A stretch of 64,000 nt of DNA from Fibrobacteria bacterium (GTDB lineage Bacteria; Fibrobacterota; Fibrobacteria; UBA11236). The DNA is taken from contig JAJNBB010000002.1 in NCBI GenBank assembly GCA_021155885.1, forward strand, positions 2,929 through 66,928, read 5' to 3'. Positions 18,693-27,166 of the stretch are shown here, one piece after another (position 1 is the first letter of the stretch; each line of letters starts with the position of its first letter). The notes beneath the pieces are model-generated. The model ran no database searches and had not been told where the DNA came from. It saw only the letters and a list, made by a program, of their open reading frames with translations. Made by a program: the position numbers and the translations under genes.

Positions 18693-21280
18693 TGAGCAGG
18701 CAAGACGGCAGGAAAAAAGCATGGGCGGGCGCGGTCGGCGCCCTCGCCCTGCTATGCCTGTGCCTGGGCCCGGCGCCGGCCGCGGCGCGCGACGCGCGCT
18801 ATGCCGAGGAACAAAGGGCGCTGGAGAACGCGCGCTACCTGTTCGAGATCGAGGGCGACAACGCGGGCGCTTACGCCATCCTCGACAAGTTGAAGGATTC
18901 CCGCAACGAGGAGATTCGCGCACAAGGGCTGTACCTGCGCGGTTTCTTTCTGGAAGAACAGGGTAAAACGGCCGAGGCCATCCGGCTGTATACCGGGGCG
19001 CTCGGCAGCGACGGCCTTCCCCCGCCGCAGAAACAGCGCCTGATCGCGCGCCTGCTGGAACTGAACCCCGAGGCCATCAAACCCTTCCGCGAGGCCGGAA
19101 AAACCCGGGGGCTGCCGGCGCGCGTGTTCGAAAGCCCCTCGGCGGCGGGAACGGTGTACGTGCTGGCGCAGGCCGGCGACGGGGAACGGGCGACCCGGCT
19201 TTCGGTGCAGGACAATCAGGGGATGCTGCGATCGCTGAACGCCGCCCTCACGGCGGACGAAGAGGTTCTCGACGCCACTCCCGACCGGGTGTTGACCCGC
19301 AGCCTTTCCCGCCAGAGAATTTTCCTGCGCCGCGCGCCGCGCTTCGCCGCGGTGGTGGCCGAGGAAAAATTCCAGGCGCTGGACGGATTCCTGTTCTCCG
19401 GGGAGTCCGGTGAATTCCTGCTCATCGGCGAAAGGGGCGTGCGGCTCATGCGCGGCGCGCAAACGTTGTTCTCGCACCCGCTTCCGGGGCCGGGCTGCGT
19501 CTACCACCCCTCGGCGCCGCGCGCGCGTCAGGGCGTTCTCTTCTGTCCCGGCCAGGGCCTCTACCGCGCCGACTTCGCGCGCCGCTCGCTCACGCCCCTT
19601 CCCCTCGCCGGGGAGGCCCCCTCCGAGGTCGTGCTCTCCGGGGAATACCTCGCGCTTCGCTATGTGGACAAGGTGGAAATCCGGCGCGGTCCCGCCTTCA
19701 ACGCCTTTCTCTGGGGATTCCCCTCGGGCCTTCAGGACCCCCTGGTATTGGGCCGCGGGCACGCCTTTTTGGCCTCGGGCGGCGGACCCCTGCGCGCCTT
19801 CTCGCTGCGGACCGGCCGCCTCGACTGGCAGCGCGACATCGGCGCCTCCGCGCTGCGGGCCGAAGGCGGTGAACTCTTCGTGCTCACGCACGCCCGCACC
19901 TGCCTCGCGCTCGACGAAAGGGGGCGCCTGCTTTACACCTACGAAACCGGATGGACCGAGGAAGAACCCCTGCTGCTGCCCACCCGCGACTGGCTGGTCG
20001 TGCAGCAAGCCGGAGGCGGGCGCACGCGCCTCAATCGCGAACTGCTCCGCCTGACGGGCCCCCACCGGGAATACCTGTTCCACGAGGTGAACGCGAACCT
20101 CGCGCGGGGCGATGCGCGCGGCGCGCTCAAGGAACTCAATTCCCTGATCGCCCTGGAACCCGGCAACGGCGCGGCCTGGCGAGAAAAAGCGCGCCTGCTG
20201 CCCGGCCTCGGCGCCTCCCGCGCCGAACAGACGCACGCCTGGCTGCAGGCCGCGCGTTCCGCCGGCGCCGCGCCCTGGAGCGCCGATCCGGCGTTCCGCA
20301 GCCTTTCGGCGGGTCTCGGGGCCGCCTGGACCTGGAAACGGCAGCCGGGTCCGCGCTTCTTCCCCGCCCTCACGGGCGGCCGCCAATTCGCCTTCTACGT
20401 GGAAAACGACAATCAAACCCTGGTGGTTCTCGATTCCCGCTCGGGCGCGCTCAAGGGAAGCTACCGCTTTCCGGAACCCCTCGATCTCAAGGTGGCGGCA
20501 TGGACGGGAGACACGCTGGTGGTATCGAGCGCGACCCGCCTGTACCTGATGGCGCCGCTGCGCGGGACCACGGTGCTCGCGCAAATCCGGCTGCGCAATC
20601 CCGTGGGACAGGCGCTGATGCTGCCCGAAGGTCTGCTCCTCAGCGACTGGAACGGGAACCTGCAACTGCTGGATCTCGCCGCGCGGCGGCCGCGCTGGGA
20701 AGCCCGCCTGGGCCGCGGAGGGCTCTTGCTGGCGCGCGTGAAAAGCGCCGGCGAGGTGGACGTCGCCGAAATCGAGGGCGGGTACCATCGCGTCCGCCTG
20801 CAGGACGGACGGAGCCTCGGGAGCCTGCGCCTGCCGCCGGGAACGATCACGGAGATCCACGCCGGCGAGGACCTCGCCTACGTGGGCTACAACGAAGGGC
20901 TCATCGTCGGCATCGACCGCGCCCGCACCGCCATCGCCTGGCAACGCGACATGGGAGAGCAGATCTTCAGCCTTTCCGGGCGCGGCGACCAGGTGCTGAT
21001 CGTCGGAACGGCCTCGAAGCGCATCCTCAACCTCCGCGGCAAGACCGGGGCCCCGCAATCCCAGACGCAGGTTTCCACCTATCTGTTCAACCGTCCCGTC
21101 CTCACCGACGAGGGCTATTGGATCGGCACCACCGAGCCCGCCCTCGAAAAGCGGTCCTGGGCCCACGTCGTGCTGCTCAAGCTGCCCCTGACCGACATGC
21201 CCGGAACGCCCTCCTTGGTGGGCCCCGGCATCGCCGTCTCCACCCTCGACAACTTCATCCTGCTGTTTCAGGCAAAGTGA
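18689..21280 (+). CDS. Secreted TPR plus PQQ-like beta-propeller repeat protein.
   Basis: The start (ATGATG) overlaps the response-regulator stop. Signal peptide (WAGAVGALALLCLCLGPAPAAA), N-terminal TPR-like helices, then repeated W-x-R/A-D/R-xG propeller blades (WQRDIG, WEARLG, WQRDMG). Confidence 0.7.
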   Translation: MMSRQDGRKKAWAGAVGALALLCLCLGPAPAAARDARYAEEQRALENARYLFEIEGDNAGAYAILDKLKDSRNEEIRAQGLYLRGFFLEEQGKTAEAIRLYTGALGSDGLPPPQKQRLIARLLELNPEAIKPFREAGKTRGLPARVFESPSAAGTVYVLAQAGDGERATRLSVQDNQGMLRSLNAALTADEEVLDATPDRVLTRSLSRQRIFLRRAPRFAAVVAEEKFQALDGFLFSGESGEFLLIGERGVRLMRGAQTLFSHPLPGPGCVYHPSAPRARQGVLFCPGQGLYRADFARRSLTPLPLAGEAPSEVVLSGEYLALRYVDKVEIRRGPAFNAFLWGFPSGLQDPLVLGRGHAFLASGGGPLRAFSLRTGRLDWQRDIGASALRAEGGELFVLTHARTCLALDERGRLLYTYETGWTEEEPLLLPTRDWLVVQQAGGGRTRLNRELLRLTGPHREYLFHEVNANLARGDARGALKELNSLIALEPGNGAAWREKARLLPGLGASRAEQTHAWLQAARSAGAAPWSADPAFRSLSAGLGAAWTWKRQPGPRFFPALTGGRQFAFYVENDNQTLVVLDSRSGALKGSYRFPEPLDLKVAAWTGDTLVVSSATRLYLMAPLRGTTVLAQIRLRNPVGQALMLPEGLLLSDWNGNLQLLDLAARRPRWEARLGRGGLLLARVKSAGEVDVAEIEGGYHRVRLQDGRSLGSLRLPPGTITEIHAGEDLAYVGYNEGLIVGIDRARTAIAWQRDMGEQIFSLSGRGDQVLIVGTASKRILNLRGKTGAPQSQTQVSTYLFNRPVLTDEGYWIGTTEPALEKRSWAHVVLLKLPLTDMPGTPSLVGPGIAVSTLDNFILLFQAK

Positions 21281-21289
21281 GGTTATTGC

Positions 21290-21360
21290 TCGTAGCGAAC
21301 AGCGTACAGCCGGAAAACCCGGAATGCAGCGTTTGCTGTCAGCTGTACGCTGTCCGCTAG
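21290..21360. repeat. Copy 2 of the palindromic intergenic repeat family (GCGAACAGCGTACAGC ... AGCTGTACGCTGTCCGCT).
   Basis: Inverted arms at 21294-21310 and 21341-21358 around a CCGG-AAAAC-CCGG mini-hairpin. It sits between the TPR/PQQ gene stop and pssA. Confidence 0.7.
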
Positions 21361-21389
21361 TTTCTAGGTTTTCCGCCCCAGGAGGCCCC

Positions 21390-22190
21390 ATGGTCCAGAA
21401 AAAGTTTTTCGTTCCCAACCTCTTCACAGGCCTGAACTTCCTGATCGGGATCTACGCCATTTTGCTGATGGCCGAAGCCCTGATTCCCGACCGCGGCGGG
21501 CGCTCCGTGCTGGGTTTCGGCAAGCCCCCGCTCGTGCTCGCCGCCTGGATGATCACCTGGTGCGTCCTGCTCGACAAGCTGGACGGGTTCATGGCCAAGT
21601 TGCTGAACGCCTCTTCCGAATTCGGGGCGCAGTTCGACAGCCTCGCCGACCTCATCGCCTTCGGCGTCGCTCCCGCGCTTCTCGTCTACTACTACCTCCA
21701 GTACGTCGCCGCCGACTGGGCGGCCACGCACCGCCCCCTCATGATCGCCTCGCTTTCGGTTTACGTGATTTGCGCGGCGCTCCGCCTGGCCCGCTACAAC
21801 GCGGTCGACTCCGACGAGCTCAAGAATTACTTCCAGGGCCTTCCCTCCACCTTCGCGGGCGGCTTCGTGGCGCTCAGCGTGATCCTCCACCACAAGTATG
21901 AGCTGGCCGGGTCGTTCCCCTTCAGCCTTTCCATGCTTCCGCTCCTTCTCATCCTGACCGGATTGCTCATGGTCAGCCCCTTGTACCTGCCCAAGCTGGT
22001 GCGCCGCGACAACAAGGTCGCGAACACCATTCAGATCGTGAACGTCTTCATCGGCTACCTCTGCGGCTTCGGCATGGTGCTTCCGGAGTTCCTCCTCCTC
22101 CTGCTGCTCACCTACGCCGGATGGGGCTTCACGAAGGGCCTCGCGCACAAGGCCGAAATCGACCAGCGCCGGGCTTCCGTCGAAACCTGA
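21390..22190 (+). CDS. pssA: CDP-diacylglycerol--serine O-phosphatidyltransferase (CDP-alcohol phosphatidyltransferase family).
   Basis: DKLDGFMAKLLNASSEFGAQFDSLADLIAFGVAP matches the CDP-OH phosphatidyltransferase D-G...A-R...G...D...D motif. Multi-TM. SD AGGAGG is 5 nt upstream of the ATG. Confidence 0.8.
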   Translation: MVQKKFFVPNLFTGLNFLIGIYAILLMAEALIPDRGGRSVLGFGKPPLVLAAWMITWCVLLDKLDGFMAKLLNASSEFGAQFDSLADLIAFGVAPALLVYYYLQYVAADWAATHRPLMIASLSVYVICAALRLARYNAVDSDELKNYFQGLPSTFAGGFVALSVILHHKYELAGSFPFSLSMLPLLLILTGLLMVSPLYLPKLVRRDNKVANTIQIVNVFIGYLCGFGMVLPEFLLLLLLTYAGWGFTKGLAHKAEIDQRRASVET

Positions 22191-22218
22191 CGTCGGGTCG
22201 AACAACGCGCGTCGTTCC

Positions 22219-22238
22219 GGGCGCAAGGCATTGCGCCC
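22219..22238. terminator. Bidirectional hairpin GGGCGCAA-GGCA-TTGCGCCC between convergent genes.
   Basis: Perfect 8-bp palindrome between the pssA stop (22190) and the stop of the minus-strand lipoprotein (22239). No strong U-tract. Confidence 0.45.
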
Positions 22239-23552
22239 CTACTCCCCGCACGACCCGAATAGAGTGCCCGGCGTAGCCCCCGCCTCTCCCGTCGCGGAGC
22301 GCGGAGGCACCTGGCACCAGGCTTCCGCCGCGCGGCGCGCGGCCAGGTGCGAGGGCTTCAACGACGTCACCTTTCCCGTAGCGATGCGCGCCGACACCGC
22401 GTCCGAGGCGGACGTGGTATAGGTCAAGGTATCCAGCCTCAACGCGCCCGAACCGGCGGCGGGGCAATTGAACTCCAGCCTCGCCGACGTATTGGTCAAG
22501 GTCAGCGGGGAAAGAAGCATGCGCACGTCGGCGAAGGCCACCGCGCTGCGCCCCACCACCAGCCCCCGCGCCGGGGCCACCACCGTCCCCGCCGGCAGCA
22601 CCGTCACCATCCCCGTCGAGGTTCCGGCATCGCGCAGGATCTGGCAGCCGGAAACGTCCAAAGTGTCCGACATGCGGTTGAACAGTTCCAGCCATTCCCC
22701 GGTATCGCCTGAATCCTCGGCCGCCGGAATCGGGTAGAGCTCCGAGAACACGACCTCCCCGAAAGCGGCGGGCGCGCGCCGGCCCGCCGTGAAATGAAAG
22801 GTCAGGGAGGTGGTCTTCGGCTCCCCAACCGTCATCGCGATCTGCAACTGCGGAAACGTGGTGACCAGGGGCATGACGAGAGCCACGTTCTGTCCCTTGG
22901 GAACGTGGACCCCGGCCTTCGACGCCTTCGCCAGCGTGTCCCCCGCTACGCCCCACAAGGCCAGGGAGACCGCGTAATCCCGGTCGCCGGGAACGCGGTC
23001 CAGGCGGAAGTTGCGCAGCTCCCCGTTTACCGTGGGCGCGGCCGACAAGGTGTCGGATTCGTTCCATACCACCAGCCGTCCGCCCGCCACCGTTTTGGGA
23101 AAGTCCAGGGGGATGTGGATGCTGGCCGAGAGCCCCGAAAATTCGGGAAGACAATGCAGCACGAGGGAATTCTTGCGGTCGGTGTACAGCGTCGCCGTGG
23201 CCTCGCCCGCGTACAAAAGCTTCCGTTGGCCGTAGAGCCGCACCTCGAAGCGCCGGTTTTCTCCCGCCGTCAGGTCCGACAGGGCCACCGTCGCCGAAGC
23301 CCCCGCGAACCCGAACTCCGCCGCCGCCATGTCCGGCGCCGTCACCCGGATGTGGATGGAATCCGTGGCGGGCGCCGCCCCGGATTTGGCCGCGCCCGAC
23401 TTGGCCAGGGCCGCCGCATGGATCCGGATTTCCACGGAAACCCCGGCCGCCGGGGAGGGATCCGTCCCGCGGCCTCCGGAAAACAAGCATCCCGATCCCA
23501 TCACCACCACCATCGCCATCACGCCCGCGCTCAACAAAAATTTCGTTTTCAT
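22239..23552 (-). CDS. Lipoprotein with a C-terminal lamin-tail domain (LTD).
   Basis: Lipobox MAMVVVMGSGC. The C-terminal FSELYPIPAAEDSGDTGEWLELFNRMSDTLDVSGCQIL matches the LTD pattern (EWIELYN...LSGW). Confidence 0.6.
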   Translation of the reverse strand: MKTKFLLSAGVMAMVVVMGSGCLFSGGRGTDPSPAAGVSVEIRIHAAALAKSGAAKSGAAPATDSIHIRVTAPDMAAAEFGFAGASATVALSDLTAGENRRFEVRLYGQRKLLYAGEATATLYTDRKNSLVLHCLPEFSGLSASIHIPLDFPKTVAGGRLVVWNESDTLSAAPTVNGELRNFRLDRVPGDRDYAVSLALWGVAGDTLAKASKAGVHVPKGQNVALVMPLVTTFPQLQIAMTVGEPKTTSLTFHFTAGRRAPAAFGEVVFSELYPIPAAEDSGDTGEWLELFNRMSDTLDVSGCQILRDAGTSTGMVTVLPAGTVVAPARGLVVGRSAVAFADVRMLLSPLTLTNTSARLEFNCPAAGSGALRLDTLTYTTSASDAVSARIATGKVTSLKPSHLAARRAAEAWCQVPPRSATGEAGATPGTLFGSCGE

Positions 23553-23648
23553 CGTGTCCTCCCGGTTGAATTGACCGGGGCATAACCTAGCGGGAAAACG
23601 GTTCGCGCGTCGTGACCGCCGTCACCCGCGCCGAGCTACATTTAGGGC

Positions 23649-24434
23649 ATGCGCATCCGCTTTTTCGGCACCGGGACCTCGCACGGAGTCCCCGTCATTG
23701 GCTGCCGATGCCCTGTTTGTACCTCCCGTGATCCCCGGAACAAACGGAACCGTACGGGAGTTTGGCTGAGTGACGACGGTCACTCCATCGCCCTCGACGT
23801 TTCGGTGGATTTCCGTCAGGGCGCCCTGCGGCACGGCATGGACCGCCTGGACGCGGCCCTCATCACCCATGGGCACTCCGACCACATCGGCGGCCTGGAC
23901 GACCTCCGGATCTTCGCCCAGGTGAGCGGGAAGGCCACGGTGCTGTACGGCATGCCCCAAACCTTCGCGGAAATCCGCGAGCGCTTCGCCTATGCCTTCG
24001 CGCCTCCCCGGGAGTACGGCGGCGGGACGCCGCAATACGACCTTCGCCCCGCGGACGGCCCGTTTTCACTGCCCGCTTCCGGTCCAAGCGCGACGGGTAA
24101 CTGGAAGGTTACCCCGCTTCCCGTCCTGCACGGCCCCGAGCCCATCCTCGGATACCGGGTCGACGACTTCGCCTTCATCACCGACGTCACGGAGATCCCG
24201 GATTCCACGATCGCCCTGCTAAAGGGCGTGAAAATCCTGGCGCTCGACTGCCTGCGCGACAAGCCCCATTCGACCCACCTGCATTTCGACAAGGCGGTGG
24301 AGTACGCGCAGCGCATCGGGGCGGAGAAGACCTACTTCATCCACATGACGCACGAGCTGGAGCATGTGGCGACCGAAGCGCGCCTGCCACCCCAGATCCG
24401 GCTGGCCTACGACGGGCTTGAACTCGAGATTTAA
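23649..24434 (+). CDS. MBL-fold metallo-hydrolase (PhnP/cyclic-phosphodiesterase-like).
   Basis: HGHSDHIGG metal-binding motif, 261 aa. Confidence 0.75.
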   Translation: MRIRFFGTGTSHGVPVIGCRCPVCTSRDPRNKRNRTGVWLSDDGHSIALDVSVDFRQGALRHGMDRLDAALITHGHSDHIGGLDDLRIFAQVSGKATVLYGMPQTFAEIRERFAYAFAPPREYGGGTPQYDLRPADGPFSLPASGPSATGNWKVTPLPVLHGPEPILGYRVDDFAFITDVTEIPDSTIALLKGVKILALDCLRDKPHSTHLHFDKAVEYAQRIGAEKTYFIHMTHELEHVATEARLPPQIRLAYDGLELEI

Positions 24435-24449
24435 GGCGAGACCCGATCC

Positions 24450-25064
24450 GTGAGCCCCGTCCTTTCTGCAGGCCCGTTCTCGGCGTGGCTGCGCGCCGCG
24501 CGCGAGGCGCTGCGCACCGGCGCGGGCGCCGACGTGCCCTGCGGCGACTGCACGGCCTGCTGCGCCTCCTCCTACTTCATCCACGTCCGGCCCGGGGAAA
24601 CGGCGACCTTGGACGCCCTGGGAAAAGACGCGCTGATCGATGCGCCCGGACTGCCCGCCGGGCATAAACTCCTCGGCCATGGAAAGGACGGAACCTGCCC
24701 CAAGCTCGTGGAAAACCGCTGCACGGTCTACGCCCATCGCCCGCAAACCTGCCGCGCCTATGATTGCCGCGTGTTCGCCGCCGCCGGCATCCTGGAAAGC
24801 CCGGACAAGCCGCGCATCAACGCGCGCGTGGAACAATGGCGGTTCGACTACCCCACCCCGCGCGACCGCGAGGAACACGAGGCCGTCCGGTCGGCCGCCC
24901 GCTTCATTACAAACAATGCAGGCTTGTTTCCGGAGGGCCGCATCCCCGGCACGCCCAGCCAGCTCGCCGTCCTGGCGATGAAGGTCCACGGCGTTTTCCT
25001 GGAGCCCCCGCGCGTCCCGGCCGAAACCGCCCGCCGCATCGTGGAAGCGTCGCGGGCACCTTGA
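24450..25064 (+). CDS. YkgJ-family cysteine-cluster protein (CxxCxxCC putative Fe-S/Zn domain).
   Basis: CGDCTACCASSY... CPKL...C motif. Apparent GTG start. Confidence 0.65.
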   Translation: MSPVLSAGPFSAWLRAAREALRTGAGADVPCGDCTACCASSYFIHVRPGETATLDALGKDALIDAPGLPAGHKLLGHGKDGTCPKLVENRCTVYAHRPQTCRAYDCRVFAAAGILESPDKPRINARVEQWRFDYPTPRDREEHEAVRSAARFITNNAGLFPEGRIPGTPSQLAVLAMKVHGVFLEPPRVPAETARRIVEASRAP

Positions 25065-25096
25065 GAGGTTGGGCCGCCCCGATTACGTTGGCGGCC

Positions 25097-25660
25097 ATGA
25101 AAACCATTTACTACACCGCCGCCACTTTGGACGGTTTCCTGGCCGATCCGGACAATTCCCTCGAGTGGCTCTTTCAATTCCAGCCGCCCGGCGGCGAAGA
25201 CCACTATGAAGCCTTCGTGCAGCACGTGGGCGCCCTCGCGATGGGCTCCACGACCTACGACTGGCTGTTGAACCACGAAATCTTCCCCGAGGGCGGCGCG
25301 CCCAAGCCCTGGTTTTATGCCCAGCCTTCCTGGGTCTTTTCCTCGCGCTCCCTGCGGGTCGTCGCAGGCGCGGACATCCGGTTCGTTCAGGGCGATGTGC
25401 GTCCCGTGCACGCGGAAATGCTGAAGGCGGCCGCCGGCAAAAATTTATGGATCGTCGGGGGCGGCGAACTGGCGGGACAATTTTACGATCACGGCTTGCT
25501 GGATGAAATCGTGGTTTCGCTGGCGTCGGTGACGCTCGGCGCGGGCGCGCCGCTGCTGCCGCGCCGCATCGTCGACCCCCCGCTCAAGCTGCTTTCCGCG
25601 CGCCAGTGGGGGGACGGCTTCGCCGTCCTCAAGTACGCTGTGCCGAAGCCGGGGACTTAA
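25097..25660 (+). CDS. Dihydrofolate-reductase-family protein (RibD C-terminal domain-like).
   Basis: MKTIYYTAATLDGFLADPDNSLEWLF...LWIVGGGELAGQF is typical of the RibD_C/DHFR-like family. Confidence 0.75.
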   Translation: MKTIYYTAATLDGFLADPDNSLEWLFQFQPPGGEDHYEAFVQHVGALAMGSTTYDWLLNHEIFPEGGAPKPWFYAQPSWVFSSRSLRVVAGADIRFVQGDVRPVHAEMLKAAAGKNLWIVGGGELAGQFYDHGLLDEIVVSLASVTLGAGAPLLPRRIVDPPLKLLSARQWGDGFAVLKYAVPKPGT

Positions 25661-25700
25661 CTCCACGACTTTTGATATTCCCGGATGCGTGGGTCCCCGC

Positions 25701-26262
25701 CTACGCGGGGATGACCGTGCGCTTCCACTCCGCGAACGAAGGGTTGGTCTTGTCCCGCTCCGACAAAAGCACGTCGAGCCCCTGGATGGGCCAAGGCACG
25801 TTCAGATCCGGATCGTTCCAGGCGATGCCCGCCTCGGTGGCGGGATTGTAGACGTTCGAGCATTTGTACAAGACCTCGGCCGAGTCCGACAGCACGACGA
25901 AGCCGTGGGCGAAGCCGACGGGCACGTACAGCATGGGGGCTTCGTCGGGCGTCAATTCGACCCCGAAATGCCGGCCGAAGGTGGGGCTTTGGGGACGAAT
26001 GTCCACGGCCACGTCCCAGATGACGCCCGCCGCGCAGCGCACGAGCTTGACCTGGCCGGGAACGGTCTGAAAGTGCAGGCCGCGCAAGGTGCCTTTCGAG
26101 GACTTGCTGTGGTTGTCCTGCACGAACACGGTGTCGATGCCGGCCGCCGCGAAGGTGGCCTGGTTGTAGCTTTCGAGGAAAAAGCCGCGCGCGTCGCGAA
26201 AGACGCGCGGCTTGACGATCAGCAGCCCCTCGAGGGGCGTTTTTTCCACGGTCAGATTCATG
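25701..26262 (-). CDS. rfbC: dTDP-4-dehydrorhamnose 3,5-epimerase.
   Basis: 187 aa. RGFFLESYN, RGLHFQ and GFAHGF motifs of RmlC. Its ATG overlaps the upstream trmJ-like stop (ATGA). Confidence 0.88.
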
Positions 26263-27145
26263 CCTTCACCGTCTCCTGGATGCCGGATTCTTCTTCGGAT
26301 TTCCGTTTGTCCGCCGCGCGGCGCGAGGGTATCCCCGCGAGGGCCTGCAGCGCGCCGCGGATGAAATCGATCTCGCGCCGGGTGGGGCGCAGGCGCCGCC
26401 ACAGCACCCCGATCTTTTCGCGGCGGACCGATTCCTTGCCGTTTTTGCCCAGATAGCCGGTGCGGTCCAGCGCTTCGACGAAGTCCCCGAGCGCCGCTTC
26501 GGACTCCTCGAGCGTCGACGCGGGGCCGGCGTGCGGGTGGCTCCAGGGCCCGCCCTTGATCTCGTCGCGGGTCAGGTCGTGCAGCACCACCGTCACCGCG
26601 TGCGAAAGGTTCAGGCTCATGTCCTCCGCCGCGAGCGCAATGCGCACCAGATGGGTCATGCACAGGGTTTCCTCGTGCAGCAAGCCTTTCGACTCGCAGC
26701 CGAACACCAAAGCGGTGAGCGGACGGGGAACGGAAGGGTCGGCGGCCGGGCCCGCGAACACGGGCAATTGATGGGCGTGGGGATGATCCTCCGGCAGCGC
26801 GCCTTCCTTGCGCCGGCGCATGTCGCCGAAGTCGAAGAGGCGCTGCGACTTGTCGCGCACGCGGCGCGTGAAGCCGATCGACTGCGCGCAGTCCGCGGTG
26901 GCGGCGGCGACGTCGGGATGATAGGTCGCCCCCTGCAGCACGCTCTCGGCGCCGCAGGTGGTCCAGTAGGCCTTGCTGTCCGCCTCGACGGGGGGAATCC
27001 CGACCAGGCGCAGGTCGCTCAGGCCGTAGGCCTTCATCGAGCGCGCGACGGCGCCGATGTTCATCTGCGTTTCGGGATTCGACAGCACGACCACGAATTC
27101 CGAGGCGGGACGCTCCAAGGGCTGCGTGGGAAAGGGAACGCGCAT
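26258..27145 (-). CDS. SpoU/TrmH-family RNA 2'-O-methyltransferase (TrmJ-like).
   Basis: VVVLSNPETQMNIGAVARSMKAYG SPOUT N-terminal motif, with a C-terminal extension. Confidence 0.75.
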   Translation of the reverse strand: MRVPFPTQPLERPASEFVVVLSNPETQMNIGAVARSMKAYGLSDLRLVGIPPVEADSKAYWTTCGAESVLQGATYHPDVAAATADCAQSIGFTRRVRDKSQRLFDFGDMRRRKEGALPEDHPHAHQLPVFAGPAADPSVPRPLTALVFGCESKGLLHEETLCMTHLVRIALAAEDMSLNLSHAVTVVLHDLTRDEIKGGPWSHPHAGPASTLEESEAALGDFVEALDRTGYLGKNGKESVRREKIGVLWRRLRPTRREIDFIRGALQALAGIPSRRAADKRKSEEESGIQETVKA

Positions 27146-27166
27146 GCAGTCTGCCCCGGGGGGAGC

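Noticed and set aside
18752-21427. 891-aa minus-strand ORF
   Set aside because: Antisense shadow of the TPR/PQQ-repeat gene, with low-complexity R/G/A/E content.
22129-23583. 484-aa minus-strand ORF overlapping the lamin-tail lipoprotein gene in another frame
   Set aside because: The 22239-23552 frame carries a lipobox and an LTD motif. This frame is Gly/Arg low complexity.
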